A stretch of 63,798 nt of DNA, the filler included, from Octopus bimaculoides (Eukaryota), in assembly GCF_001194135.2 (NCBI RefSeq). It is 3 parts of 3 records of this genome, joined end to end, with 100 filler letters (N's around TTAATTAATTAA, not from the genome) between each part and the next. Parts side by side here need not be neighbours in the genome. Positions count along the whole stretch, not along the records: positions 1 to 31,984 come from NC_068998.1; positions 32,085 to 62,519 come from NC_068983.1; 1 more part is not named here. One strand, written 5' to 3'. Position 1 is the stretch's first letter. Each line of letters opens with the position of its first letter. The notes beneath the pieces were generated by a model. The model was not told the DNA's origin and did not search any database. It saw only the letters and a program-made list of their open reading frames with translations. The position numbers and the translations under genes were made by a program. Of the stretch, positions 24,841 to 37,167 are shown piece after piece.

Positions 24841-24958
24841 TAGCATGGGTGCTTTTCATGTGGGCCAGCAAGGGTGCTTTTTACGAGGGCCAGCACGGGT
24901 GAATTTCATGTGGACCAGCATGGGAGCTTTTTCTGAGGACCAGCATGAGTGCTTTTGA
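24841..24958. repeat. 25-bp minisatellite, ~4.7 copies, alternating A/B variants
   Basis: tagcatgggtgcttttcatgtgggc / cagcaagggtgctttttacgagggc / cagcacgggtgaatttcatgtggac / cagcatgggagctttttctgaggac / cagcatgagtgctttt. Confidence 0.9.
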
Positions 24959-25325
24959 ATGGTCTGTGATAATTCAAATGAAGAAATCAAAGAAATTCAA
25001 AACTGTTCAGTAAACAAATATTTTTTATTTCACACCACATAAATGGATATGTAATGCACAATATATGTAACATATATAATAAAATAAAATAAAATTACTA
25101 TTGTTCATTCACTTCGTCAGATATCATTATTCATAACACACTCGACGTAAGAAATAAACATGTGATACAAGAAAGTTATGACACTTCATAGGCATGTTGA
25201 CTTCATTCAAAAAGACAAAATATAATATAATCCTTCATGAATGAACCTCTAAACATTTGAAACATCAAAAGGATATATGTTGATTGACCGAGAGAAAGTG
25301 AATAAAAACTAAGATTCAGCTAGAA

Positions 25326-25417
25326 CAGTTGTTCCCAGCCTGTGGTCTGTGAACCCCTAGTGGTCTGCAAAGGTAGTATTTGGAGGTTTGTGAACTAAAT
25401 TCAAAATTTCATGTATT

Positions 25418-25467
<50 letters not shown>

Positions 25468-25536
25468 CATAAGGATAAGCATATTAAAAGGGGTTTCTGA
25501 GAAAAATCATTCAAATAAAAGGGTTGGGAACCACTA
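25326..25536. mobile_element. hAT-type MITE with internal (TA)n
   Basis: cagttgttcccagcc ... ggttgggaaccacta form imperfect TIRs of the cagtggttcccaac type. Confidence 0.6.
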
Positions 25537-25679
25537 TAGGAAACCACTATAGAGAACCACTATGAAAAGGGTGGCAACCACTGAGCTAGAACATTTCAAA
25601 CTTCAAGGTGTATACCAAGTCTTACTTATGACATGCTGGACAAACCATCTTTTAGTCTTCCGGGTAAGAACACTATATA

Positions 25680-25950
25680 CATTTATATATTGTGGTTACT
25701 ATGTTAAACTGTCATATGTCCAAATTTGGCCAAATGCGTTCTTTTCAGTATTTATTTTTGCTTGCAGTAGATGGTTTTTCTTTGTCAAATTATTGTATCT
25801 CCAGCTGCTTCAGATGCCAAGATATAAAAAATTGTCAAAATTGTCATAGCAGTTTTGCTATGGAATTATGAAACTATTTTCTTGTTTTCTGAAAAAGCAA
25901 TATTTTGGACTTACAACGATTTTGCATAATAGCAATGATATAAATACAGA
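25680..25950 (-). mobile_element. Inverted copy of the 11548-11800 repeat
   Basis: Manual reverse-complement alignment; this copy has a ~14-bp extra segment. Confidence 0.75.
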
Positions 25951-26419
25951 CACTTATATGTTTGTGCACATGCACACAAATACATTCCCATGACCATTTG
26001 CAGGCATTTACAAATATTAGGCTGTCTTCAATGTTGCAGATACAATAGTATATAAATAAATATAAATATGCACAGGTACATAGATTCTGTATGTGTGTGT
26101 GTATGCATCTGCAAATTATGATACAAGATGGAAGAACAGGTTTTAATCCAAAGCACTACATCTGTTTCTGTGCATTGGTATCAGCTAGTAATTGCTGAGT
26201 GTTTCACAGATATACACATTCTTGCATTAATATGATCCAACAATATCTCTGTAGCAACATGCCTTCAGGTAAGTGGCTTCAAGAGCACTGTCAGATCACC
26301 TGTAGTTCCCAATTATTTTTAAATAAGTGTATATATGTGTATATGTGTGTATATCTATTAATGTATGTATGAGTGTGTGCAAACATGTGTTTGTATATAT
26401 GTGTGTGTATATATATATT

Positions 26420-27960
26420 ATTTTATTCTTTTACTTATTTCAGTCATTTGACTGCAGCCAGTTGTCAAGTAGTAATAGGAGGACAAAGACACACACAGAG
26501 GTATATTGGGTTGACAACTAAGTTCCCGCTGTTTTTTTAAATTAAAATTTTTTTAAAGGTTTCATAAAAAAATAACACCTAATTAATCAATAATGTATTC
26601 ACCCTTGTTGTTTACAACTTTTTCCCAACATTCAACAAGATTTTCAATACCTCGTTTGTAGAAATCACCCGACTTCAACTCGAAAAATTGATCCAACCAA
26701 ACTCTCAATTCTGCAAGAAAATTGAATGAAGCTCCATTCATAGCATTTGAAAGAGATTGAAAGAGGTGGAAATCCGTTGGTGCCAAATCAGGAGAGTACG
26801 GTGGGTGTGGCAGCACTTCCCAGCATTGCGTTTGAATGGCTTCCTTGGTCATGCTGGTGATATGAGGGCGGGTGTTGCCGTGCAGCAGAAGAACTCCATG
26901 TTACTGATTAGGTCTTTACTCTTGAATAACCGTGTTGAGTCATTCCGTCTGTTGAGCATAGAGTTCTGCATTGACCGTTTAGTTCTGTTCAAGCAATTCG
27001 TAATGGATAATCACTTCCCAGTCCCACCGTACGCACAACGTTTTACGCAGATGAACTTGTTTCATGTGCAGTGTTGCTTGTTTACCAGGGCTAAGCTATT
27101 CCTTACGCTGCTTCATATTGATGTACAGGCACCACTTTTCATTGGCAATATCGATTCGGTAAATAAATCATTGCTTGTGTCCACGAGTTGAGTGGTGATG
27201 AGCAAGTAAACCAGCAGAGATTGTGGCTCGTTAATATTTGTTGTTGTCACTTAAATCATGCGGAACCCATGCTCCATACTTCTGAACATTTCCCATCGAG
27301 TGAAGATGCTTCTCTATAGTAGTGTGGGAACATTCCGTTTTCTCTGCCAGTTCCCTTGTCATTTAATGAGAATTTTCATGCGAAAGTTGGTTTAATCGCT
27401 CTTCATCGAACTCAACTGGACAGCCAGAATGAGGTGCATCTTGGAGGTCAAAATTTCCATTTTTGAACTTGGCATACCAATCACAAGCGGTTCTTTCAGC
27501 TATCGTACCCTCTCCATACACAGCACAAATGTCCTGAGCAGCTTTTGCGGTCTTAGAACCTTGATTAAAAGCAAAAAGAAGGTGTCGGAAATGCTCGTTT
27601 TTCTTAACTTGACATTCCATTTTAATGATCTGAAAATAAACAAAAATTAATTAAAATTAACTAGAAAAGACAAAATAAACTCCAAAATGATTCAAAAATA
27701 GAATTCTCGAAAAAAATAGATTCCAAAATTTAAAAACGCAATAAAAATTCAAAAAAACGGTGGGAATTTAGTTGCCAACCCAATATATATGATGGGCTTG
27801 TTTTTGTTTCTGTCTGCAAAATTCACTCTCAAGGCTTTGGTCTGTCCGAGGCTTAGTAGAAGACACTTGCACAAGGTGCTATACAGTGAGACTGAACCCA
27901 GGACCATATGGTTGAGAAGTAAGCCTCTTACCACACAGCCACATACACCATGTAATTGAA
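26420..27960 (-). mobile_element. SINE family A split by a mariner insertion (tail 26420-26500, head 27788-27960)
   Basis: Tail ttcagtcatttgactgcagcc...ggacaaagacac lies left of the mariner; head aaggctttggtc...agaagacacttgc...ttaccacacagcc lies right of it. Confidence 0.7.
26504..27785 (-). mobile_element. Full-length (~1.28 kb) mariner with both TIRs and TA duplication; transposase disrupted
   Basis: TIRs tattgggttgacaactaagttccc / gggaatttagttgccaacccaata, TA on both sides. Peptides MECQVKKNEHFRHLLFAFNQG...SGCPVEFDEERL and HPPYSPDLAPTDFHLF...WEKVVNNKGEYIID are split by stops and frameshifts. Confidence 0.95.
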
Positions 27961-28638
27961 TATGTATGTATGTATGTATGTTTAGGTGTGTAGGTGAACA
28001 AATTCTTCTTGTTTTCATTGCATCTCTTAATGTCTACTAAGCAAATATGATGTGACCCAAGAGCAGCCAAGACAAAGTTTATGAAAAGACAATTCTAAGT
28101 GTGCTGACAGCTTGGTATCCTACTGTGATAACAGGCTGATCACACACAAATGATTTCCTTTGAAGTAGAAGACTTACAGACACAAGTGATAAGGAATTTT
28201 TCCACTCTATATATTTATGACATTATAATCATAGGGTGTTCATCTATCTTAATTAAATTCTAGACATGTCTAAGTTAAAGAATAGACTGAATAAGTGGTT
28301 TGTTTATTTTACATTTTACGATTTTGATTTTCTATTTCCATTAATTTATTTTGGTCAGTTTATTTATTTTATATTTCATACTTTTGTTTTTTCTTCCTAT
28401 TATTTTTTTAATTATCATTTGTATCCATTTGTATTTCCTTGTCACTTTTTGTCAATGGAATACTAAAAACAGAATATAGGTATAAAACAATTCGAAATTA
28501 AAAATGATTTGGCAGTGCTCTTGAGACTACTCACCTGAAGATACCCATGGGCAAGATTTATAAAGCATGCAATGCAATAAGGTCATTACCAAGGTGATAT
28601 CAAATATATATATAAATATATATATATGTGTGTGTGTG

Positions 28639-28690
<52 letters not shown>

Positions 28691-31600
28691 ATATATTAAA
28701 TTCAAATTATGATAAATGTAAACAAACGAAGTTTGCTTTTAGAACTGTTGAGATGTCTTAGAAAGTTAAAGAAGTTATTTTAAATTCTCAATTGCATGAT
28801 AATGCTAATAATATAGCTTGAACAAGATAAGCTACCCCTATTTTGCAGAAAAAAGTGTAGGTGGTTAGCACACTGTTTTCTGCAAAATNNNNNNNNNNNN
28901 NNNNNNNNNNNNNNNNNNNNNNNNNNNNNNNNNNNNNNNNNNNNNNNNNNNNNNNNNNNNNNNNNNNNNNNNNNNNNNNNNNNNNNNNNNNNNNNNNNNN
29001 NNNNNNNNNNNNNNNNNNNNNNNNNNNNNNNNNNNNNNNNNNNNNNNNNNNNNNNNNNNNNNNNNNNNNNNNNNNNNNNNNNNNTATATATATATATGTA
29101 TATATGTAAGAAAATTAGATGACAAAGGAATAAATGATTATCTTATAAACTTCATTAGCTTAGAGCTGTTTCTTCTATAAAATGCTGTGGACTCATAGTT
29201 GAGAGCCTGAGTAACACATTATAGCTTCATCAGAGCCTCGAATATGAAGTGCTTCAAACATGAAGGGCACTCTGTACTCAACCAACTAACACTTCATTCT
29301 GAAGTATATGCATATTGAGTTCTACACCAGGTTATTAGTCTTGCAATGCCTAAGTGAAAAATATATTGCGTTTTTACTGAACAATTATCCATCGACCAAA
29401 TAATTGTCAGCATAGTGATGGGAGGACAAAGACAACCTCTTCTTATTTCTTGTAAATTATGGTTATTGAAATTCACCCAAAACTGTGCTTCAACACCTAA
29501 ATTGGAGATAACCCATGCCTCTTCTGATGGTGCACTTTTGCAGAGCCAAAACGTCTTTCAACAAACAGTCAACTATCATTTCATGTATTGTTAAATCTAT
29601 TTAAAGACTCAGGCAATAATAAATTCCTATTAAAATCTCATCTACCTCGCATGAATTTCTTTGCAATGGTTTAGAGATGAGGATGAGATGAAAGAAGAGA
29701 GAAAAGGTAACTACATCACCATAGGAGAGGTGAGCAAATAAATTATTTCCAGCCTCAACATTGAGGCATGATTTCAAGTGAGTTTCTAGAATTATTATAA
29801 TTTACATGAATTGTGACGATGGCATTGTACATCAAAATGTTTTTTTGTGAGCTGATTGTCTGTTTATAATACTCAGTCCCTTTAAAAAATAATGCACTAA
29901 TGGCTTGTTAATAATTTATTCAAAATTTCGATCACATAAGGCTTCTATATTATTCTATGATATTAGTAAAACTTTAGCATTGATGCTTCTGTCCAGCAGA
30001 AGACTAAGAGAGAGAGAAGAGGAAGAGAGAATGACTAATTCAAATTACAATACACAAGATGAATGACATTTCAATGTTTTTTGTTTTTTTTCTGTATGAA
30101 TGTGTTTATGATACATCTGATAAAATTCAGATATTCTGAAGGAATTAAAGGAAATTAGTTCAAGCCACATTATAATGATTGACAAATTCAATGAGTTACA
30201 TCATTTTGTTTGGAAAGTCAAAGAAGAAAAGGAAAAAGGAAACATAGTATATCAAGTCAGTGAAAGTTTAGAAAAATTTTGCATAACAATAATTTCATAT
30301 TCTTTCAATAATTCTGAGTAAGGAGGCTATCAACAAAAAGGAAATACATGATAAAAATATACCAATATCACTGCATTTTGTTAAAAGGCATATTGGTAAC
30401 CAATAAAAGAAAACTAGTATCCTAGGCAAATATACATTTTGTAAAATTGTAATATTGTTGTTAGTTACAAAACTAATTAAAATTTCATAAGCAAAACCAG
30501 TTAGAAAGATGAAGAGGTTTTATGATGGAACTTACCATTTCTGTCATAAGTTTCTATCAGGAAAGTTTTAGTGCATTTACATTATTCTTAATTTTAATAG
30601 ATGCTGATGTGTAATTTCTTGATGTTTTGTTGTATATATATCATAAGTTGCATATATTAGAGTTAGCATATAAAATGTTATTTATAAAGTAAAAGTGCAC
30701 ACTTTATAAACAGGTTTCAAAATATTTAATCAAAATATACAAAGATTAAATTAGATATCTCTGTCAAAAAAGAAAAAAAGGGACAGCTCACTGTCTTTCA
30801 ATACTGCTCAAATGTTTCAACTAGATCTTAACTTGTGAATATTTTATTTTGAAAGAAAACTTCCAAGTGTAAGAAATGGTAATAATCTATTAAGAAAATG
30901 TTCAAAGGTGTAAGGTAAGTGCATTAAAATTTCATGATTAGGTAAGATCATGTTTGAGTGTTGTCATTGCATCAGAATTCTTCCATATCTATTATTCAGT
31001 CTTTGCAGTTTTGATTTCAGTTTTTTTGTGCATACTGTCATTTTCCTGACTGTATGATTTCACAGTTATAGTGAACTATGTGTTTTGTAAACCAACTTAC
31101 AATCACTATATCCTTTTTAGAGTGTGACGCTTGCTTTTAGAAATGTTTAGAGATTTGTCTGCATCTAACGATATTTATTTCCCATCACATGTATTGATAT
31201 AGTACAAAAAAACGGTTAATTTTTGTTGCTGATTGCACTGCTGATCACATTTGTGGATGCTGTGATTTCTGATGTTTAATCAATTCCCATGAAACCAATT
31301 TATCAAACTTCAGTTTTCCTATGACACACAAATGCTGGGTAACAGTCAGAGAAGATACTGCAAAGTCTACTAAAAGTTATCAATATATTTATTGTTTACT
31401 TTCCAGTAGTTCTTTTATCTGTTTTTCATTGATAAGAAAGTTTGGTTTCCTTCGGGGTTCTCACTGCAAGACAAAATTACTGTTCTCAAGGCAAAATTTG
31501 TGAATCCACCATTCAAAGGTTGTACAACACTCTGAATTGCAAATCGATGTCTTATTATTTATTTATTATGTAATTTCTGTTGCATCATTTTCAAATTTGT

Positions 31601-31984
31601 ATGACTATAAAATAAAAGTTGTACTTGTCTAGCTATCACCATATCACCAAGGGGCACAAAATCAAACCTTACAAAACTTTGAAAGTGAAGCCAAATCGAA
31701 GTAAAAGTTAGACAAGTAACGCAAGATTGCTGACTTATTAGCTGTATTTCTCAGCATGTATAATCACAAAAACATAACTAATAGCTCAAATAGAAAAATT
31801 ATATTTCATGTACTTACATATAACAAATGTATATATGTATGTATGTATGGATGGGTGTGAGTATGTATGTATATGTATGTGTGTATATATGTATATGTAT
31901 ATATGTGTGTATATATGTATATGTATATATATATATATGTATATATGTGTGTATATATGTATATATGTGTGTATATATGTATAT

Positions 31985-32084
31985 NNNNNNNNNNNNNNNN
32001 NNNNNNNNNNNNNNNNNNNNNNNNNNNNTTAATTAATTAANNNNNNNNNNNNNNNNNNNNNNNNNNNNNNNNNNNNNNNNNNNN
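31985..32084. other. Artificial scaffold-joining spacer N44-TTAATTAATTAA-N44
   Basis: Exactly 100 bp, with stops in all six frames; identical to 62520-62619. Confidence 0.9.
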
Positions 32085-32746
32085 TATATATAAGTATGTA
32101 TATATGTATGTATCTCTGTGTGTGTGGGCGGGGTGCATGACCGTATGTATTTGAGTTTGCACGCACATATAACATTCGCTTGTCATCGATATCTATTTTA
32201 TTACGCCTATGCTTGAAGATACTATCAAATATTGTACATTACCTGACTCCGACTTGGATAAAATTTCTTTAAAAGCATTACATGATGTTGACAATAAAAT
32301 GAAATCAAAGCATCAATATATATATAGCGACAGGTGAAAGTTTCGCTATGAACATAACTAGCAGATAGACACATTAGTGATTTTTCCAATTTAATTATGT
32401 TATACATGTACAATGACATGAAAACATACGGAGAATAATGTTTTACATTTTTTTCGGGTTTACTCGTGTGCCTTAACATCCGGAAGCAATACTCGAGAAT
32501 TACTTATGGAGTAGTTAAATACGTTCCGATTACACTTGTGTAAGGTGTGTATTACAAGCGGTTATGTTGTCTGAGAATGGGAAATAATAGAGGTAAATGA
32601 TCAGGTAGCACAAACGATGTGTGGTATAGCGACTCACCGATACAATATAACGGGGACGTGTAGATATATGAGTGCTAGATCAATATTTCAGTGCCTCTTC
32701 AGTTGTTATATGCTGCAGAACGCGTTTACACAAGAGCACATAATAT

Positions 32747-32789
<43 letters not shown>

Positions 32790-34739
32790 NNNNNNNNNNT
32801 ATATACATTTGCATGTGTGTGTATGCGTGCGTGCTATACATGCATGTGTATACTTGAGTGATTGTGTGTAGATGAGTGTTTCCGCTTGTATACAATATAA
32901 GTACGCGTCATAGCCGAACGAGTGAGAAGTTCATTTCACAATGTCAATGGTCGAGATTTCACTCCACTGTTTGTCTCCTTGCGTGAATCTCCTTTCCCAT
33001 AGCCTCTAATCAATCAAGACCTGGGAAGGAAAATTGAATGAGTAGTCTTGCTACGAATACCGGAAGAATAGGCTTTACGTGTAATTCCAAGGTTCAGCAT
33101 CTTTCTAAATTGTGTCAACATCATTGGGGTCTTAGGTTATCGGAGTCCGTGAAAGGTATATGTGTTTGGAGATTTCATATTTACATACAATCAAAATCTA
33201 TGAGCAGAGAATTCGATATTTCATGTGAACGATATGTATGGATATTGACAATTAAAATCGATGGAAATTCTTATATATATATATATATATNNNNNNNNNN
33301 NNNNNNNNNNNNNNNNNNNNNNNNNNNNNNNNNNNNNNNNNNNNNNNNNNNNNNNNNNNNNNNNNNNNNNNNNNNNNNNNNNNNNNNNNNNNNNNNNNNN
33401 NNNNNNNNNNNNNNNNNNNNNNNNNNNNNNNNNNNNNNNNNNNNNNNNNNNNNNNNNNNNNNNNNNNNNNNNNNNNNNNNNNNNNNNNNNNNNNNNNNNN
33501 NNNNNNNNNNNNNNNNNNNNNNNNNNNNNNNNNNNNNNNNNNNNNNNNNNNNNNNNNNNNNNNNNNNNNNNNNNNNNNNNNNNNNNNNNNNNNNNNNNNN
33601 NNNNNNNNNNNNNNNNNNNNNNNNNNNNNNNNNNNNNNNNNNNNNNNNNNNNNNNNNNNNNNNNNNNNNNNNNNNNNNNNNNNNNNNNNNNNNNNNNNNN
33701 NNNNNNNNNNNNNNNNNNNNNNNNNNNNNNNNNNNNNNNNNNNNNNNNNNNNNNNNNNNNNNNNNNNNNNNNNNNNNNNNNNNNNNNNNNNNNNNNNNNN
33801 NNNNNNNNNNNNNNNNNNNNNNNNNNNNNNNNNNNNNNNNNNNNNNNNNNNNNNNNNNNNNNNNNNNNNNNNNNNNNNNNNNNNNNNNNNNNNNNNNNNN
33901 NNNNNNNNNNNNNNNNNNNNNNNNNNNNNNNNNNNNNNNNNNNNNNNNNNNNNNNNNNNNNNNNNNNNNNNNNNNNNNNNNNNNNNNNNNNNNNNNNNNN
34001 NNNNNNNNNNNNNNNNNNNNNNNNNNNNNNNNNNNNNNNNNNNNNNNNNNNNNNNNNNNNNNNNNNNNNNNNNNNNNNNNNNNNNNNNNNNNNNNNNNNN
34101 NNNNNNNNNNNNNNNNNNNNNNNNNNNNNNNNNNNNNNNNNNNNNNNNNNNNNNNNNNNNNNNNNNNNNNNNNNNNNNNNNNNNNNNNNNNNNNNNNNNN
34201 NNNNNNNNNNNNNNNNNNNNNNNNNNNNNNNNNNNNNNNNNNNNTATATATATATATATATATTCTACTTTTGATTTGTCTGGCATTCGGTTAATTTCTT
34301 TCTATCATAATTTAATTGTTTGTTCCTTTCTGGGCTATTAAAGGTCTTCATATTTTTGTTTGCCGATCCCCTGCATTTCAATAAGGAATTCCTGAAGAAA
34401 AGCCTAATTTTGATTTCAAAAGGATTCTTTTTTCGTTTTTTTTTTTCTTTTTTAGAATTAATTAGGCTTTGAAACAACTTGTAGATTCTTTATTGGATTT
34501 GTACGAACTTTGTATTAAAAGATCGTCTGCGCTTATGTTCTTTTTTTTTTCCTTGTACTTTATTTATTGATTGTACCAATATTGAATATATAATTTTTAT
34601 ATATCTTTTCTGCTAGGATTGAACTGGTGAACTTTGATGTTTAACATCCCTTTGAAGGATCTTGGTCCTTACTTATTATGTATATATATATATATTAATG
34701 TTTGTTTTTATATTCAGTTATAATAAAAACAGCCTTCCA

Positions 34740-35330
34740 TTATTCTGATAGGTTACCCTACTCTCTTCATTCAAGGGAACCACTCACAGCATCTAATGAT
34801 AATAGAGAACTAGGAGTAACTGTTGATACCAATCTCAGCTGGAGTGCCCACATCAACAATAAGGTCGATATAACTCGTAGAAGGAGGTCCTGGATCCAAG
34901 AACCTTCGGTCTAGAGGACAAGATGTCATCATTCCTCTTTTCTCCTTTGTACGGCCTCACCTCGAAAACTGCTGCCCCTTGTGGTCTCCCCATACAAAAC
35001 ATTTCGAAAACTGAATCATCCCAGAGGTTATTCACTAAAAGAATTAAGGGTATGATTGATCTCGATTAATGGGACCCCCTTAAAGAATTAAAACTCTATT
35101 CTCTTCAGTGTCGACGTGTGCGATATATAATTTACACGATGTGGAGAATATATCACCAGCATTGCTCAAAAGACCTGAACATTAACTTCAAAATTCATCC
35201 AACGCTAGGACCACGGGCGATACGTCCCCTATTCAATTCAGAATCAGAGCACATAAATACGCTGCAACACAATTTCTTTTCCTGAATAGGCCTTGTTCTA
35301 TTTAATATTGTCCCGAATAGACCATGATAC
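34740..35330 (+). mobile_element. CR1-clade LINE ORF2 C-terminal fragment, degraded
   Basis: RELGVTVDTNLSWSAHINNKV...VRPHLENCCPLWSPHTK...KELKLYSLQCRR; homologous to 56700-57300. Confidence 0.8.
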
Positions 35331-35554
35331 GACAAAATTTTGCTTAAAAAGATTTAGTTAATCCTATAAGGTGGTGCAATTAAGTTAGACATGGACTGGA
35401 CCAATCTTTGGTCGAAACGTAGCTAAGTTATCTAAATACAAGTTTAATATTCTTATGTAAGAACGTTGTTTACAGCGACTTCGAAGTTTCGGCCTGCTAA
35501 GCTATCGTCGCATTGCGACGACGGCTTAACTTCGAAGTCATTGTCAACAACATG

Positions 35555-35589
<35 letters not shown>

Positions 35590-37131
35590 GCATTTTGATG
35601 CATAACAGTGTATAAGGATAAAATTATTTTCAATTCCTCTGCAAGCTATACTGGAATTTAAGTGAATATAAAATACACAAATACACCCGCAAATGTGTGT
35701 GTGTATTTGTGTATGCATGTACACATGAGTATGTTTGTGTGTGCGTCTGTGTGTCCCTATACATGTTTGCAACACGCATGTAGTCACATGCACACACGCA
35801 CACACATATCTACATAAGTGCGTACATATATATATGCGTGTCTCATGTAAGTCATCCTGAATCTCTAAGTATGCAAATGCGTCTCTAACATCTGCGTAAA
35901 ATAATACTTTCTATTTATTCCAAAAATTTCTCACAAAAAAATATTGTAGTTTCGTTTATTCAACAGCAAATGCAATACGAGCAAGACAGTTTTTAAGATC
36001 AATATGTAAATATATAAAGATCGAAGATGTAAATACCTGCATATATACACACATGTAGATATAACTGAATATATACATATATACCTACGCATACATATAT
36101 ATATATGTATATATATATANNNNNNNNNNNNNNNNNNNNNNNNNNNNNNNNNNNNNNNNNNNNNNNNNNNNNNNNNNNNNNNNNNNNNNNNNNNNNNNNN
36201 NNNNNNNNNNNNNNNNNNNNNNNNNNNNNNNNNNNNNNNNNNNNNNNNNNNNNNNNNNNNNNNNNNNNNNNNNNNNNNNNNNNNNNNNNNNNNNNNNNNN
36301 NNNNNNNNNNNNNNNNNNNNNNNNNNNNNNNNNNNNNNNNNNNNNNNNNNNNNNNNNNNNNNNNNNNNNNNNNNNNNNNNNNNNNNNNNNNNNNNNNNNN
36401 NNNNNNNNNNNNNNNNNNNNNNNNNNNNNNNNNNNNNNNNNNNNNNNNNNNNNNNNNNNNNNNNNNNNNNNNNNNNNNNNNNNNNNNNNNNNNNNNNNNN
36501 NNNNNNNNNNNNNNNNNNNNNNNNNNNNNNNNNNNNNNNNNNNNNNNNNNNNNNNNNNNNNNNNNNNNNNNNNNNNNNNNNNNNNNNNNNNNNNNNNNNN
36601 NNNNNNNNNNNNNNNNNNNNNNNNNNNNNNNNNNNNNNNNNNNNNNNNNNNNNNNNNNNNNNNNNNNNNNNNNNNNNNNNNNNNNNNNNNNNNNNNNNNN
36701 NNNNNNNNNNNNNNNNNNNNNNNNNNNNNNNNNNNNNNNNNNNNNNNNNNNNNNNNNNNNNNNNNNNNNNNNNNNNNNNNNNNNNNNNNNNNNNNNNNNN
36801 NNNNNNNNNNNNNNNNNNNNNNNNNNNNNNNNNNNNNNNNNNNNNNNNNNNNNNNNNNNNNNNNNNNNNNNNNNNNNNNNNNNNNNNNNNNNNNNNNNNN
36901 NNNNNNNNNNNNNNNNNNNNNNNNNNNNNNNNNNNNNNNNNNNNNNNNNNNNNNNNNNNNNNNNNNNNNNNNNNNNNNNNNNNNNNNNNNNNNNNNATAT
37001 ATATAGACGCACACACGCATACCTACATGTATGTATGTGTATGTATGTATGTATGTATGTATGTATATTTGTATGTATGTATATAGTGTCGTCGCATTAT
37101 ACATATACATGTATAGCCGAATACCCACAAC

Positions 37132-37167
<36 letters not shown>

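Noticed and set aside
24841-24958. CRISPR-like array
   Set aside because: Units are contiguous with no unique spacers, and the context is eukaryotic.
32029-32040. TTAATTAATTAA as a regulatory or piggyBac target motif
   Set aside because: It is isolated between two exact 44-N runs and repeated identically at 62564, so it is an assembly linker.
34265-34700. Possible LINE/PLE coding remnant on the minus strand
   Set aside because: Lys-rich and stop-ridden, with no diagnostic motif found.
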